From contig CAZIVO010000001.1 in NCBI GenBank assembly GCA_964542765.1, positions 390-64,389 on the forward strand: a DNA stretch of 64,000 nucleotides. Reading direction: 5' to 3'. A program made the translations under genes and the position numbers. Below, piece after piece: positions 8,523 to 18,321 of the stretch. A model generated the notes under the pieces. It had not been told where the DNA came from and made no database searches. It was given only the letters and a program-made list of their open reading frames with translations. Position 1 is the first letter of the stretch. Each line of letters begins with the position of its first letter. The stretch is from an uncultured candidatus Brocadiaceae bacterium. Lineage in GTDB: Bacteria > Planctomycetota > UBA1135 > UBA2386.

Positions 8523-9539
8523 ATGACTCAGCATCAGCGCAACATCGAGGTGATCGACTCGCACACCGCGGGTGAGCCAACGCGCATGGTCATCGGTGGC
8601 GTGGGGCCGATCGCCGGCGACACCATGGCTAAAAAGCGTGACTGGTTGCGCACGCATGCTGATGACATTCGCAGCGCCTTGGTTCTCGAGCCGAGAGGTC
8701 ATCAGGCAATCGTGCTGGCCTTCATGACGGACGCCGTTTCCGAAGGATCGCATGCCGGGGTGGTGTTTGCGAATGATGCTGGATACCTGGAGATGTGTGG
8801 CCATGGGACGATCGGTGTGGCGACTTCACTTGTTCGTCTGGGGAAGGTTCCGGTCGAAGAGCCCGTCACGAATGTCATTCTCGACACGCCCCCTGGCCGG
8901 GTCGAGGCGGCAGTGCATGTTGAGGACGGCTGCCCCCGGTCCGTGGTCCTCCGTAACGTCGCGTCTTATGTCCACCAGCTCGATGTTGCCATCTCCGTTC
9001 CTGGCCACGGAAAGGTCCCGATCGATATTGCTTGGGGTGGAAACTGGTTTGCTTTCGTTCATCAAGATGAGCTGGGGGTTCGTGTGGAACCGTCGCGCCT
9101 CGCGGAACTTCTCGATGTCGCCAGGGTTGTCCGTGCGGCGCTCGCCGACCAGGGCATCGTCGGCGTGCATCCGGACACCGGTGAGACGGGCGCGATCGAC
9201 CACGTCAAAATCTTCTCCGAAGAGGCTTCCGAGCAGGCTGTTGCGGCGCGGGCGCTGACACTGTGCCCCGGAGCATCATGGGACAGGTCCCCCTGCGGGA
9301 CGGGAACCTCGGCCAAATTGGCCATTCTCCATGCGCGAGGAAAATTGTCGCCGGGCGAGGAATTCTGCTCGCGGAGCATCATCGGCACAGAGTTCAGGGG
9401 AACCATCCTGGCCGAGACCGAGGTTGGCGGGCGTCTGGCTGTTATCCCGCAGATAGAGGGTTCTGCGTGGGTAACCGGTAAGTCGCAGTTTGTGATCGAG
9501 GCGGATGATCCACTCCGAGGAGGACTGTCTTTCGTGTAG
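8523..9539 (+). CDS. proline racemase / 4-hydroxyproline 2-epimerase family enzyme
   Basis: The N-terminus IEVIDSHTAGEPTRMVIGG is family-typical. Both catalytic Cys motifs are present (EMCGHGTIG and DRSPCGTGTSA), which fits an epimerase/racemase rather than a dehydratase. Confidence 0.85.
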   Translation: MTQHQRNIEVIDSHTAGEPTRMVIGGVGPIAGDTMAKKRDWLRTHADDIRSALVLEPRGHQAIVLAFMTDAVSEGSHAGVVFANDAGYLEMCGHGTIGVATSLVRLGKVPVEEPVTNVILDTPPGRVEAAVHVEDGCPRSVVLRNVASYVHQLDVAISVPGHGKVPIDIAWGGNWFAFVHQDELGVRVEPSRLAELLDVARVVRAALADQGIVGVHPDTGETGAIDHVKIFSEEASEQAVAARALTLCPGASWDRSPCGTGTSAKLAILHARGKLSPGEEFCSRSIIGTEFRGTILAETEVGGRLAVIPQIEGSAWVTGKSQFVIEADDPLRGGLSFV

Positions 9540-9549
9540 TCTTCAAGCA

Positions 9550-10314
9550 ATGCGGTGGTGGTGGATTCTGTTGCTGGTCGGCGCTTGTGCTGCACCGAAG
9601 ACCACGGTGACCCCGCTGGTTTCGCCCAAGGGTGGCGACCCGCTCTCCCGAATCGCTTCCGATCGGGTTGGGCCTTGGCAGCTGATCGGGCGCTCTGTCG
9701 AAGGCCGACCCATCGAGGCTAGGGCAGTGGGCGGTGGTCCGCGCAAGGTGCTGTGGGTAGGTGGTATCCATGGCACCGAGCGCGAAGGTAGCGTTGCCAC
9801 CGAGGAGCTTGCGCAGGTGTTCCTTGATGCTGGTCTCGCCAAGTCGGTGACGCTGGCGCTGGTGCGCGATCTCAATCCTGACGGCACGACAGCAAGTTCT
9901 CGGCGCAATGCCAGGCAAGTGGATCTGAACCGGAATTTTCCGGCGAAGAACTTCGTGTCGAGCCGGCAGACAGGAAAGAAACCCCTGGACCAGCCCGAGG
10001 CTCGAGTGCTGCACGGACTGATCCTGAAGTTCGCTCCGGATCTCGTGATCGTCGCGCACAGTTCGTCTCGGCCCTATCCCTTCATCAATTACGACGGCCC
10101 TGCTCGAAGTCTGGCACGGCGATTTTCAGTGCTGAGCAAGTATCGCATCGTGCCATCGGCGGGTTTGCACGCCACCCCCGGTTCACTCGGTTCCTGGGTA
10201 GGGATCGATCAGAAGATTCCGATCCTTACCGTCGAGTGGCGCCGGGGTATGGATCACACCAAGGCTTGGAAGCAGACCCAGGCTGCAATTCTGTCAATTG
10301 TCGCGAGCGGTTGA
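9550..10314 (+). CDS. M14-type zinc carboxypeptidase-like lipoprotein (MpaA-like murein peptide amidase)
   Basis: Lipobox-like N-terminus MRWWWILLLVGAC. Also has GGIHGTEREG (HxxE zinc motif), VDLNRNFP, and a later AHS histidine. Confidence 0.7.
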   Translation: MRWWWILLLVGACAAPKTTVTPLVSPKGGDPLSRIASDRVGPWQLIGRSVEGRPIEARAVGGGPRKVLWVGGIHGTEREGSVATEELAQVFLDAGLAKSVTLALVRDLNPDGTTASSRRNARQVDLNRNFPAKNFVSSRQTGKKPLDQPEARVLHGLILKFAPDLVIVAHSSSRPYPFINYDGPARSLARRFSVLSKYRIVPSAGLHATPGSLGSWVGIDQKIPILTVEWRRGMDHTKAWKQTQAAILSIVASG

Positions 10315-10317
10315 AGC

Positions 10318-11334
10318 ATGGGTTGGTATGTGTTGCGGCGTTTGTTTTGGATGGTGCCGACGCTCCTTGGCATCACCATCATCACCTTCTTGATGATGGA
10401 TCTGGCGCCATCGGATCGAGCGACCATCGATGCGCAGAATCTGGAGGCGTCACGAGCAGGGGATATCCAGGCGCGCAATGAAGCCAGCACACGACTGCGC
10501 GTGATTTGGGGCATGGCCGATCCGGAAACGGGCGAGACCTATCCTGCCTGGCAACGCTACCTGAGCTGGTTGGAGCGTGCTTGTCGGCTGGACTTCGCTG
10601 GTGAGGGCGAAGACCCCGGAGTTTTCCGGCAAAGCATCTCGCGCGCCTTGCCGGCGACCTTGCTTCTCAACACCCTGGCTCTCGTGCTGGCCTTGGCCAT
10701 CGCGATTCCCCTCGGTGCGTGGCAAGGTCTGCGCATCGGATCGTTGGCGGATGGGCTCGTATCGGTATTGATGTTCCTCCTCTACGGCCTGCCGGTCTTT
10801 CTGCTCGCAACCCTGCTGGCCGTGTTTCTTTCCAGCGGTGGCTGGGCAGAGTTCTTCCCTGGCTCGGGCTTGCGCTCGCCGGGCGCGAATTCCTGGGGTC
10901 CGCTCGCGCAGGTGGCAGATATGGTCTGGCACCTGGCCTTGCCGGTTCTGGCCTTGACCGTCGCGCCTGCCGTGATCTTGACCCGCTACGTGCGCGAATC
11001 GATGGCTCGTTCCATGCGCAGCGGCTGGGTGCTCGGGATGCGCGCATGGGGACTCCCTGAACGAAAGATTGCTCGTCGCGCACTGCGGAGCGCGCTCTCG
11101 CCAGTGGTGACTCTCCTGGGCACGCTCGTTCCTGGATTGATCAGCGGCTCGGTCGTCGTCGAGGCGGTGTTCGGGATCCAGGGCTTGGGGACATTGTTTT
11201 TCGATGCGGTCATGGTTCGCGAATACCCCATGGTCATGGCCCTGACCCTGCTCGTCTCCGTGGTCACCCTGCTGAGCCTTTTGGGATCGGATATCTTGCA
11301 TAGAGTCGTGGATCCGAGGGTGAGGTTGCGATGA
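10318..11334 (+). CDS. ABC transporter permease, peptide/nickel (DppB/OppB) family
   Basis: The N-terminus YVLRRLFWMVPTLLGITIITFLMMDLAP is family-typical, with multiple TM segments. Its stop overlaps the next start (ATGA). Confidence 0.85.
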   Translation: MGWYVLRRLFWMVPTLLGITIITFLMMDLAPSDRATIDAQNLEASRAGDIQARNEASTRLRVIWGMADPETGETYPAWQRYLSWLERACRLDFAGEGEDPGVFRQSISRALPATLLLNTLALVLALAIAIPLGAWQGLRIGSLADGLVSVLMFLLYGLPVFLLATLLAVFLSSGGWAEFFPGSGLRSPGANSWGPLAQVADMVWHLALPVLALTVAPAVILTRYVRESMARSMRSGWVLGMRAWGLPERKIARRALRSALSPVVTLLGTLVPGLISGSVVVEAVFGIQGLGTLFFDAVMVREYPMVMALTLLVSVVTLLSLLGSDILHRVVDPRVRLR

Positions 11335-12266
11335 GGGTTGCGCGATGGACTCTGTGGATCGTGATCCTTGTAGGAGTATTCGCGCCGATCCTTGCGAATG
11401 ATCGGCCGATCATCGCCAAGGTGAATGGAGAACTTCGCTTTCCTGCGCTGGGAACTTATGTCGGCGATCGCTCGCCAGCGCCGGGTCACCGGAGCTGGCG
11501 GGAGTGGTGGGAGACCTTGCCCGAAGACGGTGGGGGCTTTGCGATCATGCCGCTGATTCCCTATGGACCGATCGAGAATACTGCGAATGCCAACGAGCCG
11601 CCGACCTGGGAGCATCTCTTGGGTACGGATGAGACAGGCCGCGACCTGCTGGCCTTGCTCGTTCACGGTGCGACGACGGCGGTGCTGGTCGGGCTGGGTG
11701 TGGCGGTGTTGGCTGCCCTGTTAGGCATCTCCTTGGGCGCGCTGGCGGGATATTCCGGGGGTCTGGCGGACCTGGTCATCTCGCGCATCATCGAGGTGAT
11801 GGTTTGCTTTCCGGCGCTGCTCCTTGTTCTCGCGGTAGCGGCCTTCGCCGGTCACTCGATCACGGGGGTCATCCTCGTTCTGGCGGCGCTTTACTGGGTT
11901 GCCTTCGCGAGGATCGTGCGCGGGGAGTTTTTGTCGTTGCGGGAGCGGGAATTTGTTCTTGCGGCCCGTGGTCTCGGTGTCTCTCGGGCGCAGGTTCTCT
12001 TCCGTCACATGCTGCCCGTGGTGAGAGGGCCGCTGTGGGTCACGGGAGCGTTTCTGATGGTCAATGCAATGGTCGTGGAGGCGACGCTGACCTTCCTTGG
12101 ACTGGGGGGCGGCACCGGCTCGTCGTCTTGGGGAGCATTGCTCAAGCAGGGCAAGGAACACGCCCATGAGGGTGCGTGGCACTTGTGGGCATTCCCCGCC
12201 CTGGTTCTGGCCTCGGTGGTGTGTGCGTTGCACGCGCTGGCGGACGATCGGCGCGGCAAGGCTTGA
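11331..12266 (+). CDS. ABC transporter permease, peptide/nickel (DppC/OppC) family
   Basis: Contains HLLGTDETGRDLLA and the EAA-like loop ARGLGVSRAQVLFRHMLP. Coupled to the upstream permease gene. Confidence 0.85.
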   Translation: MRVARWTLWIVILVGVFAPILANDRPIIAKVNGELRFPALGTYVGDRSPAPGHRSWREWWETLPEDGGGFAIMPLIPYGPIENTANANEPPTWEHLLGTDETGRDLLALLVHGATTAVLVGLGVAVLAALLGISLGALAGYSGGLADLVISRIIEVMVCFPALLLVLAVAAFAGHSITGVILVLAALYWVAFARIVRGEFLSLREREFVLAARGLGVSRAQVLFRHMLPVVRGPLWVTGAFLMVNAMVVEATLTFLGLGGGTGSSSWGALLKQGKEHAHEGAWHLWAFPALVLASVVCALHALADDRRGKA

Positions 12267-12280
12267 TCTGCTGTGTCGGG

Positions 12281-12904
12281 TTACTTGCCCGCGGAACTCT
12301 TGCCCACGAGGCTCTTGATCACGTCCTTGGTGATGTCTAGCTGAGGCCCGTGATGAAGGAGTTCCCTGCCTATATGTATCTGAAGGCGGGCTTCCAGCCG
12401 CGCTGTTTCGGGAGAGGGGGGCTTGCGGCTGCGCAGCACGAGCGCGAGGCCTCGGCGCTTTGCGAGCTCCGTGATACCGGCGCTGAGTTCGTCGTAGATT
12501 TTGACGAGGTTCTCCATCTCGCTACGAGATAGAGCCTCTTGCTCAAGTTTTTGCCAGGATGCGGTCTCTTGCTTCTTGGTTTGATACTCGACCTGCTTCT
12601 TGCGCCACTCCTTTGAGCCGGGCGTGTAGGCGTTGATTTGCTCCATGAGCCTGGCCTCTTCATCCCGCCGCTCTTTGAGTTGCGTGGTCAGAGCGGATCC
12701 TCGAGATTCGAGCTGTTTGCGGAAGTCGGAGTACCCCTTGTAACTGTTTTTGACGGCATCCATATCGACGATGCCGATGGTGCCGACGAGTTGACTCTGC
12801 AGGGGTGCCGTTGAGGTTTTTGCGTTTGCCGATGGTGGCATGAACATCCCCAATGCAAAGACCGCGGGGAAGCCGAGAGAGAGGGTCAAGCGCTTTGCGT
12901 TCAT
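12281..12904 (-). CDS. OmpH/Skp-like periplasmic chaperone
   Basis: Signal peptide MNAKRLTLSLGFPAVFALGMFMPPSANA, followed by a Lys/Glu/Gln-rich coiled-coil body (IGIVDMDAV..KQLESR...) typical of Skp. Confidence 0.6.
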   Translation of the reverse strand: MNAKRLTLSLGFPAVFALGMFMPPSANAKTSTAPLQSQLVGTIGIVDMDAVKNSYKGYSDFRKQLESRGSALTTQLKERRDEEARLMEQINAYTPGSKEWRKKQVEYQTKKQETASWQKLEQEALSRSEMENLVKIYDELSAGITELAKRRGLALVLRSRKPPSPETARLEARLQIHIGRELLHHGPQLDITKDVIKSLVGKSSAGK

Positions 12905-12975
12905 GAGGTTTACCTTAGCAACTTGCAACAGGGATACCGCCCAAACCGGTCGCAAGATTTTCGCCGGGGGCGTGG

Positions 12976-13506
12976 TCACGCGTCCGGGCGATGGGTGGCG
13001 CAGATCCTTTGCCGCACTGCGGGCCGGGGAGATGACTCCTCCCCGTGTTCGTAGGCGATGACCGTGAGCTTCTCCGTGGTTGCTTCGAGGAGCTCGTTTG
13101 GGCGTAGCAGGAAGTCAGGATTCCTGGGTCGGCCGAATCGTTCGTGACCCTCGGCAAAGGTTTCGTAGATCAACACGCCGCCTTCGGCGACCGAGTCGAT
13201 GATTGAGCGCAAGAGTGGCCTCCACAGGTAGTTGGTGACGATGACGCCGGCAAAGTGGCGATCGCCCAAGGGCCAGATGTCGCTTTCGAGATCGGCTCGA
13301 ATCACCTCGAGGGATGGAATGTTTTCAATATCCGAGAAGCTATCGGGAGCGATGTCTACAGCGGTGACAGAGTGGCCTCGAGCAAGGAGGAATCGCGTGT
13401 GCCGCCCGGTTCCGCAGGCGAGGTCCAGCACCGGGCCTCCTACAGGTATGAGTGGGGCGAAGCGCTCGACCCAGGCGGATGCAACTTGAGTTGTGTGGCC
13501 ATTCAC
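12976..13506 (-). CDS. class I SAM-dependent methyltransferase
   Basis: Motif I VLDLACGTGRHTRFLLARGHSVTAVD, plus the post-I/II pattern of the family. Confidence 0.8.
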   Translation of the reverse strand: MNGHTTQVASAWVERFAPLIPVGGPVLDLACGTGRHTRFLLARGHSVTAVDIAPDSFSDIENIPSLEVIRADLESDIWPLGDRHFAGVIVTNYLWRPLLRSIIDSVAEGGVLIYETFAEGHERFGRPRNPDFLLRPNELLEATTEKLTVIAYEHGEESSPRPAVRQRICATHRPDA

Positions 13507-13563
13507 GGGGCACCTCGGGTCATCGCGTGAGCTGTTCGGAAGGGCCTGAACTTTCGAACTCCA

Positions 13564-15339
13564 TCACCGGAGACGGCGTGACAGGGTTCGCCGGAGTTCG
13601 ACAGCCTTCCGGCGTTGCAGGCTTCGCTCGGTTTCGGCATCGATAGGAGGCTCCGAGAGGTTCAGCCACTGCTGGATGATATGGGCGATGGCGTGGCGGC
13701 CGGTTGTCGGGAAGTTCGGCTGTTGCAGGAGGTCAATCAGGTGCTCGCCGATCTCCACCGAGGGTTTTTCGAGCAGTGCGCGGACGAGCTCATCACGAAC
13801 AGGGAAGCGCTTGAACTCACGCCCGATTCGTTCGAGGTCTTTTCGGCGCACGAGATCTCGGAACATCGGTCTGATGGTGCCCTTCCGGTCGGCAACGATC
13901 CTGTAGACCTCGTCGATGTTGCGCTTGTATTGCTTGCCGAAAGCGAGGCTCATCATCTGGCGTAAGAGGGTGTCTGATTTATCGAAGGTGATGGTTTCGC
14001 CTCGACCTGCCCGGGAGATTTTTTTGAAGGATGTGTGGGTGTCCTCCGGCACCTTGCCTTCTCCGTAGGGCAGGGTCACGATCGTGTGGACGTAGGAGTT
14101 TGACTTCCGAGCGAACAGCTTCACCTTGCTCTGGATCTTTGATTCGGAACGAGGATGGGGCGGTGCATCGCCGACGAGGATGATGACGCGCCGCGCCTTG
14201 CTTTCCCATTTTTGCTGAAAGGCGACTCCGAGTCCTTCGGACACGGCTTCCGGCCTGTCGCCGCCACCCCCGGCCCGAACGACTTCGATGAAATTTATCG
14301 CGCGATAGACGTCATGGCTCAGGGGTACCGCGCGGGTGGTGTAGTCCTCTCCGGGACCGGTGTCGCGGTAGGTGACAATCCCCATCCGGGCATCGGGGAC
14401 GAGGGCGTGTAGAGCATCGACCAGGGATGAAATCTTCTCCTTGGTCACCCGCAGGATGCTGCCCATGGAGCCGGTGCTGTCGAAGACGAAGATGATTTCG
14501 AGGCCTGTCCGCCGGATTCCGCTGACGGTTTTTTTGAACCCTCCCGCGGCCAGCGCCTTGTTGCTCGACTTCAAGATATCGCCCGAGTTCAGGCTGCTGA
14601 TCTTGTCCAGGAGGCCGGTCTGGTTGCCGGTGAAGCCCGGGTGGTCGAATTCGAAATCGGCCATGGTTTCCTCGGCGTGATCGGGCTCGTTGAAGTCGTC
14701 GAGAGTGATATCGTCGAGGAGAACCTCCTCGTCCTCGATCTTTTCTTCTTCGATCTCGACCAGATCCTCCATCACCTCGAAGTCCTCGAGCAGCTCGGCC
14801 TCGCTTTCCTGGCCGATAACAACGGCTGTGCGCTCGGAACCGTCCCCCTTGTTGATTTCGAGGATCTGGTAAAGCAAGAGTAGCAAGACGGCGTGAACGA
14901 TGGCGGAGATAAAGAACCAGGGCGCCCGGCGGAGTTCTTCAGCCATCTGTTCCGCGAAGGGCTGGTTGTAAGAGCGTCTTGCAGAGAGTTGGGCGCCTTT
15001 GCTGATGGATAGCTGTGTCAGGTCCTTCTTGGCAGCGATGCGTACGAGCTGAACAGGGATGTCGCCGAGTTTCAGCGTCTGACCTGGGTCGAGGATGCCG
15101 CTGTCGATGCGCCATTCGCCGAGCATCGTCTGATGGTCCGCGGAGAGCTGGCGAACAGAGGTCTTACCGTCATGGACTGTCAGCTCGATATGGCGATCAG
15201 CAACCGAACCATGATTGATGCAAAGGTCGCTGGAGGCGCTGCTGCCGATGACGTAGGGCTTCCCCTCCTCGAGGTGGAGGAGATGTTCGCCGAGCTTGAG
15301 GGCGAGCGCATCAGCCTTGCCGGCACTGAGATCACTCAC
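13564..15339 (-). CDS. FHA domain - TM - acidic linker - vWA domain membrane protein
   Basis: The GTG start overlaps the dapA stop (GTGA). Domain order: an N-terminal FHA pattern (YVIGSS..DLCINHGSVADRHIEL), a TM segment (WFFISAIVHAVLLLLLYQIL), a Glu/Asp-rich stretch, then vWA MIDAS IIFVFDSTGSM. Confidence 0.8.
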   Translation of the reverse strand: MSDLSAGKADALALKLGEHLLHLEEGKPYVIGSSASSDLCINHGSVADRHIELTVHDGKTSVRQLSADHQTMLGEWRIDSGILDPGQTLKLGDIPVQLVRIAAKKDLTQLSISKGAQLSARRSYNQPFAEQMAEELRRAPWFFISAIVHAVLLLLLYQILEINKGDGSERTAVVIGQESEAELLEDFEVMEDLVEIEEEKIEDEEVLLDDITLDDFNEPDHAEETMADFEFDHPGFTGNQTGLLDKISSLNSGDILKSSNKALAAGGFKKTVSGIRRTGLEIIFVFDSTGSMGSILRVTKEKISSLVDALHALVPDARMGIVTYRDTGPGEDYTTRAVPLSHDVYRAINFIEVVRAGGGGDRPEAVSEGLGVAFQQKWESKARRVIILVGDAPPHPRSESKIQSKVKLFARKSNSYVHTIVTLPYGEGKVPEDTHTSFKKISRAGRGETITFDKSDTLLRQMMSLAFGKQYKRNIDEVYRIVADRKGTIRPMFRDLVRRKDLERIGREFKRFPVRDELVRALLEKPSVEIGEHLIDLLQQPNFPTTGRHAIAHIIQQWLNLSEPPIDAETERSLQRRKAVELRRTLSRRLR

Positions 15340-16214
15340 GCAGTGAGGTCTCCTTGAAACGGGATCATGGCGTTCTCGATCTCAGCCCTCTTTTCTTCGC
15401 TGGTCCGGCACAGCGGCAGCCGGAGTTCGGGCTCTATCCAGCCTGCGAGGGCCATGGCTTCTTTTATCGGCACCGGATTGGTGTCGATAAAGAGTGCCTT
15501 CATGAGGGGGTACAGCCGGTCGTGTTCGGCTCGAGCAGCCTCGATGTCTCCCGACAAGGCTGCTTCGACGAGCCGGGTCATGTGCCCGGGTAAGAGGTTG
15601 CTGATCACGGAAATGACGCCGGAGCCTCCCAGAGCGAGGGCGGGCAGGGTCAGGGCGTCATCGCCGCTGAGGATCGCGAGGTCGGTACAGGTTCGGATCC
15701 GGGTCACGTTTTCGAGATTCCCGGTGGCCTCCTTGATGGCCTGGATGTTGGGGTGTTCCGCGAGCCGGGCAATGGTATCGATCTCGAGTTCGACACTTGT
15801 TCGTCCGGGAATGTTGTAGAGAACGACGGGCAGGCTGGTCGCATTGGCAATTTCCGTGAAATGGCGGTAGAGCCCGTCCTGGCTCGGCTTGTTGTAGTAA
15901 GGGTTGACGCTCAGCAAGGCGTTGGCGCCCGCCGCTTCGGCCGCCTTGCCCAGCCGGACGGCTTCTTGCGTGGAATTACTGCCGGTTCCGGCGATCACGG
16001 GCAAGCGGCCGTCGGCGGCTTCGGCGGCGCGAGCATTGACAGCATCATGCTCGTCATGGCTGAGAGTTGGCGATTCTCCGGTGGTTCCACAGGGCACGAG
16101 TCCGGAGACGCCCCCGGCGATGGCGCGGTTGATGATTCCCGTCAGTGCGTCATGATCAATCTGGCCGTTGCGAAAAGGGGTGACGAGCGCGACGATGTTT
16201 CCAGTGAATTGCAT
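15336..16214 (-). CDS. dapA: 4-hydroxy-tetrahydrodipicolinate synthase
   Basis: Contains VALVTPF, GTTGESPTLSHDEH and YNIPGRT. ATG 16214 has GGAGCAGGA upstream; the ORF is open to 16247. Confidence 0.9.
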   Translation of the reverse strand: MQFTGNIVALVTPFRNGQIDHDALTGIINRAIAGGVSGLVPCGTTGESPTLSHDEHDAVNARAAEAADGRLPVIAGTGSNSTQEAVRLGKAAEAAGANALLSVNPYYNKPSQDGLYRHFTEIANATSLPVVLYNIPGRTSVELEIDTIARLAEHPNIQAIKEATGNLENVTRIRTCTDLAILSGDDALTLPALALGGSGVISVISNLLPGHMTRLVEAALSGDIEAARAEHDRLYPLMKALFIDTNPVPIKEAMALAGWIEPELRLPLCRTSEEKRAEIENAMIPFQGDLTA

Positions 16215-16276
16215 TGGGGGTCCTGCTCCGATTTCAGGCTCCCCCACAGTCTAGTGGTTTGTTGTTAGGGCGGTCT

Positions 16277-16984
16277 ATGGCGCTAAAGGTCATCGGTGGC
16301 GAGTACGGCGGAAGAGTTCTTAGCAGCGTCAGGGGCATGGGGACCCGACCCCTCCTTGGGCAGGTGCGTGAGGCGATCTTCGACATCCTCGGTTCGAAGG
16401 CGCAGGACGCTGAAGTTTGGGATCTTTTTGCAGGAACCGGCGCCAGTGGCATCGAGGCGCTTTCGCGAGGCGCCCGCCGGGTGTTGTTTCTGGAAAAGTC
16501 GAATCAGGCCCTGACGATTCTTCGCTCCAATCTGCAGATGCTGGGTCCGGTGGCACTCGAGCGCGGTCGGGTCATCAAGACGGACGCGTGGGATCCGGTC
16601 ATCCCCCAGCTCGATGGCGAGGAGGGCGAGGTCGCACCGGACCTCGTGTTCTTGGACCCTCCCTATGCGGCGGTGGGTGAGGACCCTGCCCGTGCTGCTT
16701 ATCTCGCCCGCGCCCTGGTCGATCGCCTCGCCCCCGGGGGTGTGCTGTGCTTCCATTTTTTGGAAGGACGACTCGATGGCGATGATTTCGATTCAGACCT
16801 GTCGGTCGACATGCGTCGGTGGGGGAAGTCAGCGGTTGCCTTCCTGAGGCTGGGGGGCAATGAGGTTGATGATCTTGCCAGCGAGCGCGAGCGCTCCCTC
16901 ATGCCCGGGGCTGGGGGTAACGCGGAAGAATTTGATCAAGCGGTCGAGAATTCAGGCCTGGGGATGGATACGGGCACGCCATAA
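16277..16984 (+). CDS. rsmD: 16S rRNA (guanine966-N2)-methyltransferase RsmD-like, with C-terminal extension
   Basis: Contains GGEYGGRVL, TRPLLGQVREAIFDIL, DLFAGTGASGIEALSRGA and VFLDPPY. Confidence 0.75.
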   Translation: MALKVIGGEYGGRVLSSVRGMGTRPLLGQVREAIFDILGSKAQDAEVWDLFAGTGASGIEALSRGARRVLFLEKSNQALTILRSNLQMLGPVALERGRVIKTDAWDPVIPQLDGEEGEVAPDLVFLDPPYAAVGEDPARAAYLARALVDRLAPGGVLCFHFLEGRLDGDDFDSDLSVDMRRWGKSAVAFLRLGGNEVDDLASERERSLMPGAGGNAEEFDQAVENSGLGMDTGTP

Positions 16985-17049
16985 GAGGGGGCGTGCGACC
17001 ATGCGGCTTCCCGAGAACCACTCCAGGTTCTCGGCCTTGCTCGCGCTGC

Positions 17050-18072
17050 TTACTTGGTGCCCAAGGTCATGGAGAGACCGTTGGAGAGGGCAAAGTTGGG
17101 CGAGCGGATGACGAGGGCTTGTATTTCGGCCGAACCACCGTTGAGGGTTGGACTCATCAGATTGGCTGGCAGGGTGGTTGATCCATTTTTTGCCGCCGTA
17201 CTGAGGACTATTACCGGCAGCTTCAGCTCGATCAGGATCGAGCATCCGCCGAGCTTGATCGGTGTCCCGGCCTTGGACAGTCCCAGCGCGAGGGCCACAA
17301 CTTGTCCTGATGCTGTTGGCGCAATCCGGAAGCCGTAATCACGGTTGCCGAGCGCGGGAATGGATGCCGCGATGAGACTTGGAGCCACAATATTGCCGAC
17401 AGCACAGGAGCTGCCGTGAGTGTTGGTCCTGGCATTGGGGTGGTTGTGTGCCAGCGGCGTGGGTGTGGTGTCGCGGAAGAACGCTGATGCCGGAGTTGGC
17501 TCGGCAGCAGCCGTGTAGTCCAAGGAGAGGGTGTCCGATGCCAGGGGTGATGGGGCTGCTTGGCCGCTCCGCCAGCGCCCACCTGCAACGGCGATGTTTT
17601 CACGTTTTTGTCCGGGGACTCCCCAGCTGACCCAGTCTTGAATGGCCGCTGGGTCATTCATCATGATGTTCTGCTGGGTATTGAAGAGCGCCAATGCGCC
17701 ACTCACCTGACTGAGCGGTTCCGCCTTGAGGGCGAAGAGGAAGTGATACACCGTATTGCCGGTCCAGATATCCTTCTTCGTGCTGGGGATGACGGCCGAG
17801 AGCCAATGAACGCGCAGGTAGGCCCCCGGTAAGATCTCTGTTCCTGAGGGAAACCCGAACCAGTAGTTGTTGGCCATGTTCGGCGTTTTGGTCGCCTGGT
17901 AGATCGCCCATTGTGAGAGGCCGACCTTGTTCGAACCCATGTTCAAGAGCTCGATCCACTGGGTGCCCCCGTTCCCGGCGTCGAAGTTGATTTCGCTGAT
18001 CACGACCTGTGACCGACTGGTTGCGGCGAGGAGAAGTGCCGCGCAGATACCTAGAGAGAATGTTTTTTTCAC
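17050..18072 (-). CDS. secreted lamin-tail-domain (LTD) protein carrying the shared C-terminal module
   Basis: GTG 18072 starts a signal peptide VKKTFSLGICAALLLAATSRSQ. LTD signature VVISEINFDAGNGGTQWIELLN. The last 122 aa (17050-17418) resemble the tails of six other secreted proteins in the window. The upstream part of ORF 17050..18552 looks non-coding. Confidence 0.7.
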   Translation of the reverse strand: MKKTFSLGICAALLLAATSRSQVVISEINFDAGNGGTQWIELLNMGSNKVGLSQWAIYQATKTPNMANNYWFGFPSGTEILPGAYLRVHWLSAVIPSTKKDIWTGNTVYHFLFALKAEPLSQVSGALALFNTQQNIMMNDPAAIQDWVSWGVPGQKRENIAVAGGRWRSGQAAPSPLASDTLSLDYTAAAEPTPASAFFRDTTPTPLAHNHPNARTNTHGSSCAVGNIVAPSLIAASIPALGNRDYGFRIAPTASGQVVALALGLSKAGTPIKLGGCSILIELKLPVIVLSTAAKNGSTTLPANLMSPTLNGGSAEIQALVIRSPNFALSNGLSMTLGTK

Positions 18073-18321
18073 CGGTCGCACTCTTTGTTTTTGGGCTCGA
18101 TGGGACCCGGAGAAACCCGGGTTATGGGCGGAGGAACCGCAAGCAAGGATACCACACCACATGAAAGATCGGGGGCACGGGGGGCTCAAGGCCTTGCTCC
18201 AAAATGGTCGATAGAAGAGGAGTTGGGGCTGTGGCCCCATTGCGGCCATGTAATGGGGAACTGGCCGTTGTCGGCTTTTGCGAGAAGCGCAGATCTTTTG
18301 GCTCGGATGGGATGAATTGAC

